A stretch of DNA of 64,000 nucleotides from Gammaproteobacteria bacterium (GTDB lineage Bacteria > Pseudomonadota > Gammaproteobacteria > Eutrophobiales > Eutrophobiaceae): NCBI GenBank assembly GCA_003250975.1, contig QKIY01000033.1, forward strand, positions 14,086 through 78,085. Reading direction: 5' to 3'. The translations under genes and the position numbers were made by a program. The notes below the pieces were generated by a model that did not search any database, was not told the origin of the DNA, and saw only the letters and a list, made by a program, of their open reading frames with translations. Positions within the stretch are counted from its first letter, which is position 1, and the number at the start of each line of letters is the position of its first letter. This document shows, one piece after another, positions 30,597-41,785 of this stretch.

Positions 30597-30597
<1 letters not shown>
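29767..30597 (+). CDS. carbon-nitrogen hydrolase (nitrilase superfamily) amidase
   Basis: CN-hydrolase E-K-C triad layout (RIAALQM..., LPENF, ...[10 protein letters not shown]). Sits directly upstream of tldD, as in Pseudomonas. Confidence 0.75.
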
Positions 30598-32039
<1,442 letters not shown>

Positions 32040-32066
32040 GTCCCCTGTATCTAGCCAGGCACGCTG

Positions 32067-33461
32067 TTAGCTGGAACTTGTCTGCCCTGCCCGCGCGGGT
32101 AATGCCCTTTCCAGCAGTCCCACCGTTACATAAGCCAGAATCGCCCCTGCCAATGCCAGCAGGTAGGGTGTGGCGACATCAGAATAATACTCCGCCACAA
32201 ACCAGATGAATGAACCGGCAATCAAGGCGGCATAGGCACTGTATTGGTCACCGAATTTGCAGAACAGTCCTATCGTCCCGACCACGAAGACACCGGCCGT
32301 GCCGAACGCCACCGCCGTCTCGATTAATTCATACACGCCACCGGCGTGAACGGCAAGATACCAGGCCAGAACTCCCAGGATGACGACCGCAGTCCGTGCG
32401 ATGCGGACCTTCTGCCGCTCGCTGACAGACCCTTTCAGCGGGACAACGATGTTATGGGATAACAACGAGGCGGCAGCCAACAGCGCGGAATCCACCGTTG
32501 ATAGGATGGCCGATACCAGGGCGCCAGCAAACAGGATATAAGGCAAGGTGGCCAGGTGCTGGCTGGCCAGTGCCGGGATGATCTGTTCCGGCTCTTCAAG
32601 TCCTGCGATCAATCCCGGACCGATCAGACCGAGAAATACGGGGAGAAAACCGAAGACCAGGTAAAGCAAGCCACCGAGGACGGATGCCGAACGCGCCGTC
32701 CCGGCTGAATTAGTGGCGAGGATGCGCGAGATCACCTCTGCCGCCAGCGTCGCACCGCAAATTGGCAAAGCCCATTGTTCCACGACCTCCCAGAAACCCA
32801 TACCCTGGGCGGACAGGAACTGCATGCGTTCGGGCGGCACTGATTCAATCAGCGTGACCAGACCATGGGCGTTAATCACGGCAAAAAACAGGACCAGCAG
32901 ACCGGCGATGAGTGCGATGCCCTGGATCAGGTCGGTGATAGCCGTTGCCCGCATGCCCCCCGCCATAGTGTAAAGAGTGATTAGCGTTGCTGCCCCCATA
33001 ATGGCCAGTTCGACGTCTATATCCGACACCACACTGATGATGTGGCCAAATGCCCTGACCTGGGCCGCAGCCCAGAAGATGGAAGACGGAACGACCAGCA
33101 GGACAAACAGCTTCTCGACACCGGAGGAATAACGCTGCCGGAAAAAATCACCGAAGGTCGTATATTGCCGGCGCCAAAGGGGAATAGCATAGACCAGGCC
33201 CAGGATGATCAGACAAAAAGCATAGCCAAAAGGGTCGCCCGTTGCCCCGGAAAAACCGTCGCTGTAGATCAGCCCCGCTGCCCCGATCACTGACTCTGCA
33301 CCATACCAAGTGGCAAATACCGTAAAGGTCCCCAGGATGGGTCCCAGGCTGCGGCCCGCAAGCAGGTAGTCCTTCTCGTCACCAGCCCTGCGGCTGGCCA
33401 GCAGGCCAATAATAAATTGCAGGAGGATATAGACGCTTATCCCTATCAGTATGGTATTCAT
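32067..33461 (-). CDS. sodium:solute symporter (SSS family) transporter
   Basis: 464 aa, about 13 TM segments, SSS N-terminal GRSLGP...WYGAESVIG motifs. Confidence 0.7.
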   Translation of the reverse strand: MNTILIGISVYILLQFIIGLLASRRAGDEKDYLLAGRSLGPILGTFTVFATWYGAESVIGAAGLIYSDGFSGATGDPFGYAFCLIILGLVYAIPLWRRQYTTFGDFFRQRYSSGVEKLFVLLVVPSSIFWAAAQVRAFGHIISVVSDIDVELAIMGAATLITLYTMAGGMRATAITDLIQGIALIAGLLVLFFAVINAHGLVTLIESVPPERMQFLSAQGMGFWEVVEQWALPICGATLAAEVISRILATNSAGTARSASVLGGLLYLVFGFLPVFLGLIGPGLIAGLEEPEQIIPALASQHLATLPYILFAGALVSAILSTVDSALLAAASLLSHNIVVPLKGSVSERQKVRIARTAVVILGVLAWYLAVHAGGVYELIETAVAFGTAGVFVVGTIGLFCKFGDQYSAYAALIAGSFIWFVAEYYSDVATPYLLALAGAILAYVTVGLLERALPARAGQTSSS

Positions 33462-33596
33462 TACATATAATTCCGCCCTGAAAAAATCCCGCAGTTTAGT
33501 GGATCAGGGGAAATAGCGGAATATCAAAGCTGTTTAATAATCTGGAATTGGTCTAAACGGAGAACCGGGAAAATAATTTAAAACAGTCATTAAATT

Positions 33597-34748
33597 ATGG
33601 TTATTATTGATGACCAAAAATATAAGATCGCTTGGGAGCGGGGTACTCAACAAGTGGCATCATCACATTCAATAGAATCTGTACAACTTCGCGAAAATAC
33701 ACTTGTGCCGCCACAGGCAATCAGTGGCGCAATTACCGATCGTCATTACGAAAAACTTCTCACCCTGGGTGTCAGCATTGCCCTACTTTTACATGCTGCC
33801 TTCATACCCCTGTTTTTTATTCTTGAAATCCTTGTACTGGGCCTGGCCAATATCGGCAGCGCCCTGCTCTATGCCATCGCCCTGTCACTGCTGAAGCGTG
33901 AAGAATACTGGCTGGCAATCCTGATCTGCTGGGTGGAGTTGATCGGGTATACCGCGCTTGCCGTCAAGACTCTGGGCTGGCAAAGCGGTTTTCATTATTA
34001 CATGCTGTTGTTTATCCCCCTTATCTTTGCCAGCGCGACCAATCGCTTCAGTGTGGTCGCGATTAAGGCGATCCTGATATGCCTTGTCTATCTGATAATC
34101 GACGTCTGGTTCAGGACCGGAACACCGAATGTGATCCTGGATGAGGCAATGCTGTCCTATATACGTTATGGAAATATACTCATCGTATTCATGTTCCTGG
34201 GTTATGTGATCTATAGCTATATCCAGGTTGTCTATGCAGCGGAGAGTCAGCTTGTACGCTATGCCATTACCGATCCTCTGACCGGGCTCTATAACCGCCG
34301 CTACATCTATCAGCTTGGCCGCTACCAAGAAAGATTACATAAGCGGGAGGGTCATCCCTTCTCCATAATTCTCGCGGATATCGACGGATTCAAATCGATC
34401 AATGATTCTTATGGTCATGAGGCCGGCGACAGCGTATTGATCACCCTGAGTCATAAACTCTGCAATGGCCTGCGCGAACAGGACAGTGTTGCGCGCTGGG
34501 GCGGAGAGGAATACCTGATCCTGTTGCCGAATACAAGACAACCCGAAGCCGTGATGGTGGCGGGAAGGATCGGCAAACTCGTTTCCTCGGAATCACAACG
34601 TATCGGTAACAGCGACATACAACTGACCATGACCTTTGGAGTCAGCGAATTTGACCCTGATGAAGGCATAGATGACTGTATCGCCCGGGCCGACCAGGCC
34701 ATGTTGAGCGGCAAGAAGTCAGGTAAAAACAGGATCGTCAGCTCGTAA
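33597..34748 (+). CDS. membrane-anchored GGDEF-domain diguanylate cyclase (GGEEY variant)
   Basis: N-terminal multi-TM region. The C-terminal GGDEF domain carries LTGLYNRR and RWGGEEYLI. Confidence 0.75.
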   Translation: MVIIDDQKYKIAWERGTQQVASSHSIESVQLRENTLVPPQAISGAITDRHYEKLLTLGVSIALLLHAAFIPLFFILEILVLGLANIGSALLYAIALSLLKREEYWLAILICWVELIGYTALAVKTLGWQSGFHYYMLLFIPLIFASATNRFSVVAIKAILICLVYLIIDVWFRTGTPNVILDEAMLSYIRYGNILIVFMFLGYVIYSYIQVVYAAESQLVRYAITDPLTGLYNRRYIYQLGRYQERLHKREGHPFSIILADIDGFKSINDSYGHEAGDSVLITLSHKLCNGLREQDSVARWGGEEYLILLPNTRQPEAVMVAGRIGKLVSSESQRIGNSDIQLTMTFGVSEFDPDEGIDDCIARADQAMLSGKKSGKNRIVSS

Positions 34749-34750
34749 TA

Positions 34751-35905
34751 TCAATCTCGCAGATAGATCCAGGTGATAACCAGACCCAAAAGGGCTGCAA
34801 GTGCAGCGCCTTCAAAACAGGCCAGTGCACCTGCCCTGTCCCAGGCATAGCCGCTAATCAGACTGCCAATTGCCATCCCTGCACCAAAGCTTGAACTGCT
34901 ATAGAGTGCCTGGCCACGTCCCTGTAAACGGCCACGAAAATACCTGTGTACATACTGTATCGCAACCGCATGGTACATGCCGAAACTGGCGGCATGTAAA
35001 GTCTGGGCAATGATCATGACCACAACGTAATCCACAAACAGGCCCGTTAACAGCCAGCGCACGGCAGCCAGTATTAGACTCAGTAACAACAGGGTCCTGA
35101 GACTGAAACGGGACATCAATTTATGCATGAACATAAACAGGATAACCTCGGCAATCACTCCCAGTGCCCACATCTGTCCGATAAAGGTGCTGGTGTAGCC
35201 GTTATCCTCCAAATAAATGGAATAAAACGTATAGTAGGTCCCGTGACTGGCCAGCATCAGGAAACAGACCATGAACAGTGCGATGACTTTTGGCCTGAAA
35301 AGGATCACTGAGATGCTCTCATGCACCTCTTCATGCTGAGCGATCTTCTTCTCGGGTATTGTCAGACTCATCATCCAGACGATGACAATGGAGAAGAGTA
35401 CAATGTGGGGGACATAAGCAATAGCTATGGTCTCAAACAGGATGCCCAGTAACCAGACGGCGATGATAAAGCCGATGGATCCCCAGACCCTTATCCCGGT
35501 ATAGGCATGGGTCGATTCGCCTAGATGTGCCAGTGTGGCTGCCTCGATCTGTGGTAACGAGGCACTCCAGAACAACGAAAAGACAAGCAAGACGATAAAC
35601 AGGCCCCAGAAACTGTCGACAAACAGGATTGCCGCGAAACTGATGGCAGAAAACAGTGATGCAAGCTGGATTACATGCATGCGCCTTCCGGTATGGTCTA
35701 CCAGCCAGCCCCAGAAAAAGCTGATAAAGACCTTCGAAAAGACCATAAGGGAAGACAATATCCCGATCTGCTTCGCATCCATGCCAATAGATTTGAGATA
35801 CAGCGACCAGTAAGGCAGCAGGATGCCCACAGTAACAAAGAAGAGAAAATAAAAACCGGACAAACGCCAGTAGGGGACGCCTTGCGGGCGACTAGTTACA
35901 TTCAT
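34751..35905 (-). CDS. MFS transporter
   Basis: 384 aa, 12 TM segments, MFS-like (HcaT/PPP-family-like). Confidence 0.6.
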   Translation of the reverse strand: MNVTSRPQGVPYWRLSGFYFLFFVTVGILLPYWSLYLKSIGMDAKQIGILSSLMVFSKVFISFFWGWLVDHTGRRMHVIQLASLFSAISFAAILFVDSFWGLFIVLLVFSLFWSASLPQIEAATLAHLGESTHAYTGIRVWGSIGFIIAVWLLGILFETIAIAYVPHIVLFSIVIVWMMSLTIPEKKIAQHEEVHESISVILFRPKVIALFMVCFLMLASHGTYYTFYSIYLEDNGYTSTFIGQMWALGVIAEVILFMFMHKLMSRFSLRTLLLLSLILAAVRWLLTGLFVDYVVVMIIAQTLHAASFGMYHAVAIQYVHRYFRGRLQGRGQALYSSSSFGAGMAIGSLISGYAWDRAGALACFEGAALAALLGLVITWIYLRD

Positions 35906-35979
35906 TCTTTACCGGGTACTTAAAACAGGTCAGGTGATTCGCTGTAATGTCTGGTTCTGTACGCGCTTTCCTGGCAATC

Positions 35980-37089
35980 TCAGGTGCCTGGCTTAACGGA
36001 CGCCGGCACTACCGGTGTTTCCGACCTCACATCGGCATTCTGACCCCGATGCCGCAGGAAATGATCCATCAGGACCAGCGCCAGCATGGCCTCGGCAATG
36101 GGAGTGGCGCGGATCCCGACACAGGGATCATGGCGGCCAGTTGTAACGACTTCTTCCGGCTCGCCCTTCAGATTGATCGTCTTGCCTGGCAGACGGATAC
36201 TGGACGTTGGTTTAAGCGCCAGGCTTACCAGAATATCCTGGCCGGATGAAATGCCGCCGAGAATACCGCCAGCCTGGTTCCCCAGAAAACCGTCCTGCGT
36301 TATCTCATCACGATGGACAGTCCCCTTTTGTTCAACCGAGCTGAAACCTGCACCGATCTCGACACCCTTCACGGCATTGATACTCATCATGGCCTTGGCA
36401 ATATCCGCATCCAGCCTGTCGAATACCGGTTCACCAAGGCCCGGCGGAACATTTTCTGCAATCACGTTGATACGGGCGCCGACGGAATCGCCCTCCTTGC
36501 GCAAGGCGTCCATGTAGGATTCAAGCTCGGCCACGCGCGAGGCATCGCCACAGAAAAACAGATTGTTTTCCACTTCATCCCAGTTCTTCATTTCAATCAC
36601 ATGCGGACCCAGCTGGGCCAGGTAACCCCGGATGATGATACCGCACCTTTCAAGCAGGTATTTTTTCGCTATGCCACCGGCCGCGACGCGCATGCAGGTC
36701 TCGCGGGCGGACGCCCTGCCACCGCCACGGTAATCACGGATTCCGTACTTCTGCTGGTATGTATAATCCGCATGGCCAGGCCGGAACATATCCTTAATCT
36801 TGAAATAGTCCTTGGACTTCTGGTCCTCGTTTTCAATAAGAAGTCCGATTGGTGTGCCAGTTGTGATCCCTTCGAACACGCCAGAGAGGATACGTACCGT
36901 GTCGGATTCCTTGCGTTGGGTAACGTGACGCGATTTTCCCGGGCGGCGCCGATCCAGATCATGTTGCAAATCGGCTTCCGTCAGGGCAAGTCCTGGGGGA
37001 CAGCCATCGACAATACAAGCATAAGCCGACCCGTGGCTTTCGCCACAGGTTGTGACTGAAAATAATTTTCCAAAAGTATTACCGGACAT
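35980..37089 (-). CDS. aroC: chorismate synthase
   Basis: [21 protein letters not shown]-terminus. Confidence 0.9.
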   Translation of the reverse strand: MSGNTFGKLFSVTTCGESHGSAYACIVDGCPPGLALTEADLQHDLDRRRPGKSRHVTQRKESDTVRILSGVFEGITTGTPIGLLIENEDQKSKDYFKIKDMFRPGHADYTYQQKYGIRDYRGGGRASARETCMRVAAGGIAKKYLLERCGIIIRGYLAQLGPHVIEMKNWDEVENNLFFCGDASRVAELESYMDALRKEGDSVGARINVIAENVPPGLGEPVFDRLDADIAKAMMSINAVKGVEIGAGFSSVEQKGTVHRDEITQDGFLGNQAGGILGGISSGQDILVSLALKPTSSIRLPGKTINLKGEPEEVVTTGRHDPCVGIRATPIAEAMLALVLMDHFLRHRGQNADVRSETPVVPASVKPGT

Positions 37090-37153
37090 GGTCGACTATT
37101 GTAACGATAAATCAGGCACACGTCGCCGTCTGCTATTCTGACTCTGATCGCAG

Positions 37154-38305
37154 TTAATGATTTGTCTTTCCCGGCCTGATGATATATCTGCCCATCATTC
37201 CTGCCTTGATGTGATCATCCACATGACAATGAAACATCCACTCCCCTGGATTATCCGCGATCATGGTAACGGTCTTCATACTGGCGGGCATAAGTTCTAT
37301 CACATCCGTCCTTTGACCTGACGACAGGACTGTATTGCCATGCCAATGGGCTGAATGCAGATCAACCTCGGTCCCCAGGGCAACCACATACCAGCGGACC
37401 TTTTCGCCCTGGTTGATAACCAGGCCGGGAAGATTATCGTAAACATAACCATTCATACTGTGCATCAGATTACTTTCGATAAAGTCTTCATCATCCATTT
37501 CCGCTTCCGGTGCGAAGGCCGCCATGTTTTCCCGCAGGTAAAGGCTGGCGTTCTCATCAAAAATCTTGAACAGCGTGACGAACTCCCGGTCAACATCCTT
37601 GGGCCGGCCATCGGGCCAAGCCCTGTCTTTCCTCGAGATAATCAGGGTTCCGATGAGTCCGGCATTGGTATCGGCAGGCTCATCGGTATGAGAATGATAT
37701 AACCAGACGATGGAATCCGGATCATCCGGTCCCGGCCCGGCACTTTCCGGTACGTCCCAGGTATAGGTATATGTCTCTCCTGGCCTGACTCCGTCATCCA
37801 GCTTGTCCTTGCCGCTGGTGCCGTCGTTGTAAGGGGAGCCCTCTGATGCCTTGTCGTAAGAGAGACCGTGAGGATGCATGGTCAGTGTTTTGTCCACAGT
37901 ATTATTTTTAAAAATAACCTTAATCGTGTCACCCACGCTCGCACGGATCACTGGGCCCAGTATACCCAGGTGTTCCCATTCCTGTGGCCTGGTCTTGTAA
38001 CTGGAAAAACTCGCATCGGTATATTCCCGGTAGAGGGCCTTTTTGTATCGGTGACCGATACGGTCCCTGCCATTACCGCCAACAAAGATACGTTCGCTGT
38101 TGTTGAAGGGCCTGCCCATCATCGGGTTATCGGGATAGGAAGGTGCGAAATCCCAGAGGGTATCTTCAGCAGCAATATAATAATGACGTACCGTCCCCTG
38201 GGCGGCACTACTCACGCATGTCCACGACAGGGCTACCAGGAAAATGCAGATGCCAGCCAAAAAGGCGCTTGGCCTGTTAAATGGTTTGCTTGAGCGTAAA
38301 ATCAT
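37154..38305 (-). CDS. secreted small (two-domain-type) multicopper oxidase
   Basis: Signal peptide. Copper-ligand motifs HxH (WLYHSH), HWHG and HCHVDDHIKAGM (HCHxxxHxxxxM, the T1/T3 site). Confidence 0.7.
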   Translation of the reverse strand: MILRSSKPFNRPSAFLAGICIFLVALSWTCVSSAAQGTVRHYYIAAEDTLWDFAPSYPDNPMMGRPFNNSERIFVGGNGRDRIGHRYKKALYREYTDASFSSYKTRPQEWEHLGILGPVIRASVGDTIKVIFKNNTVDKTLTMHPHGLSYDKASEGSPYNDGTSGKDKLDDGVRPGETYTYTWDVPESAGPGPDDPDSIVWLYHSHTDEPADTNAGLIGTLIISRKDRAWPDGRPKDVDREFVTLFKIFDENASLYLRENMAAFAPEAEMDDEDFIESNLMHSMNGYVYDNLPGLVINQGEKVRWYVVALGTEVDLHSAHWHGNTVLSSGQRTDVIELMPASMKTVTMIADNPGEWMFHCHVDDHIKAGMMGRYIIRPGKTNH

Positions 38306-38450
38306 ACCCGTATATTTTTTAGTGGTGGTTAAGTTACTGAAACAGTTGACGTAGTGTAACGATTAAAACAGCCTTTGTCCGGGGCACTTTTTAGGACTGA
38401 AAACGTCTAAAATTAATTGAGAACCGCTGAAACAGAACCTTATTAAAAAA

Positions 38451-38981
38451 ATGAGACTGTCAGGAAAACAGATCATTCCCCTCCTTTTGCTGCTGTTTCT
38501 CGCCATGCCGTTACAGGCACGTGCCCCTGAGACAGAACTTGTCAGGATCGACGGGATTAAACAGCCCATGAGCGATTATATCGGACAGGGTCAATGGGTG
38601 ATTGTGAATGTCTGGAGCCCCTCATGCAGTTTCTGTGTCCAGGAACTTCCCCACGTCAAAACATTCCGCAAACAAAACCCGGATATCCCGGTAATCGGTG
38701 TCACGGTAGATTATCCCAGCTTCGAATACGGCAAGCTTAACGTAATAGAAAATTTCCTGAGACGCTATCCGCTGGATTATCCATTATTTCTGGCTGATAT
38801 AGATTCTGCTTCTGATGTCATCGGCAACCGGTTGGTAGGTATTCCCCTGATAGCCATCTTTCATCCGAATGGTGAGGTCGTAGCCCGCTGGCCCGGCAAC
38901 ATCGATGTCAGGGAGATCGAGGAATTCATTGCCAACTATGATGACTACCTGCATGGCGATGATTTGTTTGGCGGCTTTTAG
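38451..38981 (+). CDS. periplasmic TlpA/redoxin-like thiol:disulfide oxidoreductase
   Basis: Signal peptide and WSPSCSFC (CxxC) in a thioredoxin-fold context. Confidence 0.65.
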   Translation: MRLSGKQIIPLLLLLFLAMPLQARAPETELVRIDGIKQPMSDYIGQGQWVIVNVWSPSCSFCVQELPHVKTFRKQNPDIPVIGVTVDYPSFEYGKLNVIENFLRRYPLDYPLFLADIDSASDVIGNRLVGIPLIAIFHPNGEVVARWPGNIDVREIEEFIANYDDYLHGDDLFGGF

Positions 38982-38989
38982 GCAAGCCG

Positions 38990-39550
38990 TTACTTGTTTT
39001 TTTCCAACTCGTAGATATTGATAAATCCGTTCCGGTTGGGCATTTCAATTTTTGCCAAGTTACCCGCATCTATCACCTTGGTCTCTTCAATAATCCCGTT
39101 AAGGAACAAGAGGTAGGCCGTTACGGCATAGACTTCATTATTACTGAGTGTCCCCGGTGCCGTCATGGGCATGGAGCGACGGATCATGTCAAATAAGGTG
39201 GTAGCATACGGCCAGTAGCTGCCGATAGTCTTTTCCGGGTATTCACTAGCCAACCCCATCTTGGCACCGGCAAGCTGGTCTGCGCTGTCTCCCAGGCCCT
39301 GCGGACCATGGCAGGACACACAGGATTTTTCGTAAATAGCTTGTCCCTCTGTGGCTGTCCCCTTCCCCGGCGGCAGACCTTCACCATCTGGCATAATCCC
39401 GATATCCCACTGCGTGATCTCCGCCTCACCCGCCGGTTTTCCCAGTCCAGGACCGGCCGGTGTATCAGTTAAGGCCAGCCTAGTCCCAGCCAGTATCGAT
39501 ATCGATAGTACCAGGACTATCAGTCGTCGTTTCTTCATCATCATAAACAT
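38990..39550 (-). CDS. monoheme c-type cytochrome (SorB/SoxD-like electron acceptor)
   Basis: Signal peptide and a single CVSCH heme-binding site. Immediately downstream of the sulfite-oxidase-family gene. The exact start (one of 4 clustered ATGs) is uncertain. Confidence 0.65.
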   Translation of the reverse strand: MFMMMKKRRLIVLVLSISILAGTRLALTDTPAGPGLGKPAGEAEITQWDIGIMPDGEGLPPGKGTATEGQAIYEKSCVSCHGPQGLGDSADQLAGAKMGLASEYPEKTIGSYWPYATTLFDMIRRSMPMTAPGTLSNNEVYAVTAYLLFLNGIIEETKVIDAGNLAKIEMPNRNGFINIYELEKNK

Positions 39551-40859
39551 GGCTCACTGCACCGAGTTCATCCACCTGCCAGCTGACAATCGCATTGTAA
39601 TGAAAAAAACCATGGCGGCCGCGCTCGGTAACCAGTTGCCTGCGTTCAGGTTGGACATAACCGGTCTCATCGGTTGCACGGCTTTTCAATATGGCGCGCT
39701 TTCCGTCCCACACCCAGGGGATCCGGAACCGGGTAAAGGCCTTGCTCAGCACCGGCTCCTGTAGTTCCGCATCTGCCCAACTCTTACCGCCATCGGCGGA
39801 GACCGCGACCTGTGTGATCCGGCCACGACCGGACCAGGCGAGTCCAGTAATCTGGTAAAGGCCGGGTTGTCTCAACAGCATATTGGCCGACGGTGATGTG
39901 ATCAGGGACTTGGCCTCGATATCCAGGGTAAACATCCGGGCCTTGCCGTCCGGCAACAACTCAGTGTAACGTGAGGTCTCATTACGGGCCATGATTGGTA
40001 CCTCGGTCAGTTTCAGGCGCCGCAACCATTTAACATTCATGACGCCTTCTAGGCCCGGCAGGATCAATCGCAGCGGATACCCATTCTCGGGCCGAATCCG
40101 TTCGCCGTTCTGGTACAAGGCCAGCATGCCCTCAGCCGTGGCCTTCTCCAGCGGGATACTGATATTCATGGCAAAGGCATCAGCACCTTCTGCAATTAGC
40201 CATTTTGCCTTATTTGTGGGCACGACTTCCTCAAGCAAGACAGTAAGCGGGATCCCGGTCCATTCGCTACAGGACACCAGACCGTGAAAATAACCGGCCT
40301 CCGATCGAATGGGCGCCTTGTTCCAGCCGGCGTTGCTGTTACCCCCGCACTCGACGAAACAGATCCGTGATGTCATGGGGTAGCGTAACAGGTCATCCAC
40401 CTTGAAGAAGGAAGGGTTTTTGACCAGGCCGTGGATCAAGAGCCGGTGCTGTAGGGGGTTGATATGTGGTACGCCGTTGTGATGCCGTTCAAAATGCAGT
40501 CCATTCGGGGTAATGGTCCCTTCCAGAAGATGTAGCGGTGTCCAGGATACGCCGTTCCCCGGCACAGCACGGTTGGGTGATGGGAAACGGACGACATCGC
40601 TCTCATATTCGGAGGGACTGCCATAGGTTGAGAAACCTTCACCGGGCGTGTGCATCCAGGGCGGACTTGCAAGATCAATATCCGTTGCATCAATTGCCGC
40701 TGACTCCGACGCAGCTTTGCTCTCCTTTATCACGGGCGTAAGCATGGCCGCCGCGCCAAGGCCCAGGCCGGACTTCAGAAAGAGACGCCGGTCAAGCAGG
40801 CCATTACCAGCAACAGCATGTAGGGTAAGTTCAGTGCGTTTGTCCTGCCGATTACTCAT
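39480..40859 (-). CDS. Tat-secreted sulfite-oxidase-family molybdopterin oxidoreductase (SorA/SoxC-like sulfite or sulfane dehydrogenase)
   Basis: Twin-arginine signal (DRRLFLKSGLGLGAAA) and the Moco-binding Cys motif FVECGGNS. Confidence 0.7.
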   Translation of the reverse strand: MSNRQDKRTELTLHAVAGNGLLDRRLFLKSGLGLGAAAMLTPVIKESKAASESAAIDATDIDLASPPWMHTPGEGFSTYGSPSEYESDVVRFPSPNRAVPGNGVSWTPLHLLEGTITPNGLHFERHHNGVPHINPLQHRLLIHGLVKNPSFFKVDDLLRYPMTSRICFVECGGNSNAGWNKAPIRSEAGYFHGLVSCSEWTGIPLTVLLEEVVPTNKAKWLIAEGADAFAMNISIPLEKATAEGMLALYQNGERIRPENGYPLRLILPGLEGVMNVKWLRRLKLTEVPIMARNETSRYTELLPDGKARMFTLDIEAKSLITSPSANMLLRQPGLYQITGLAWSGRGRITQVAVSADGGKSWADAELQEPVLSKAFTRFRIPWVWDGKRAILKSRATDETGYVQPERRQLVTERGRHGFFHYNAIVSWQVDELGAVSHVYDDEETTTDSPGTIDIDTGWD

Positions 40860-41773
40860 TGATGAAACCAGCGTAACAACTCTTCCAGGTTAAACAGAAA
40901 AACTCCTTCACCGCCATGTTCAAAATCAAGCCAGAGGAATGGCACTTCCGGATAGGCATCTTCCAGAGCATACTGACTATTACCTACCTCGACAACCAAT
41001 GTCCCTTCTGGGTTCAGATAACGTGTCGCGGCTTTCAATATCCGGCGAACATAGTCCAGTCCATCCGGCCCGGCGTACAGGCCCCGTTCAGGTTCGAAGC
41101 GGTACTCAGCAGGAAGTTCCGCTCTATCCCGCGCATCGACATAAGGCGGGTTGGCAATAATCAGATCATAGGTCTTGCCTGTAAGGGCGCTGAACAGGTC
41201 TGATTCAATCAGTGTGATCCGATCAGCCAGCTTATAGTGCTCAATATTTCTTGCCGCAACCTTGAGCGCCTCCGGTGAGATATCAACCGCATCAACATGT
41301 ACATGGGGAAGAGCCAAGGCAGTGGCAATGGCGATACAACCGCTGCCGGTGCCGATATCAAGGACGGTCTTGATCCGCGCAGGATCACACCAGGGACGGA
41401 ATTCCTCGGTGATAAGTTCCGCTATCGGGGATCGAGGAATTAATACATCTTGGTTCACGTAAAATGGCAGGCCGGCGAACCAGGCTTCACTCAGTATATA
41501 GGCCACCGGTCTCCTGGTTGTTATCCGTTCCCGGATCCGCGACAGGAGGCTCGCCTTTTGCTCATCACTTAACGGTTTATTCAGTTGCGCTTCATCGGCA
41601 TCAAAATCGAAACCCAGTGTTCGTAAGATCAGGAAGGCGGCCTCATCCAGCGCATTGTCCGTGCCATGCCCGTACCAGAGCTCCGCTTCTTCAAACCGGT
41701 CGACTGCCCATTGGATAAATTCCCTGGGCGTGGAAAGCGTACTAATGGATGTGTTTATATCTGCAGTATCCAA
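40856..41773 (-). CDS. prmB: ribosomal protein L3 N5-glutamine methyltransferase
   Basis: NPPY motif (IANPPYVD). Closely matches the E. coli PrmB/YfcB N-terminal WYGHGTDN and PVAY...AWF regions. Confidence 0.85.
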   Translation of the reverse strand: MDTADINTSISTLSTPREFIQWAVDRFEEAELWYGHGTDNALDEAAFLILRTLGFDFDADEAQLNKPLSDEQKASLLSRIRERITTRRPVAYILSEAWFAGLPFYVNQDVLIPRSPIAELITEEFRPWCDPARIKTVLDIGTGSGCIAIATALALPHVHVDAVDISPEALKVAARNIEHYKLADRITLIESDLFSALTGKTYDLIIANPPYVDARDRAELPAEYRFEPERGLYAGPDGLDYVRRILKAATRYLNPEGTLVVEVGNSQYALEDAYPEVPFLWLDFEHGGEGVFLFNLEELLRWFHQ

Positions 41774-41785
41774 AATCTGGCACTG

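Noticed and set aside
34490-34520. GGEEY instead of GGDEF in the diguanylate cyclase
   Set aside because: GGEEF/GGEEY variants are known to be catalytically competent, so this is not evidence of a degenerate domain.
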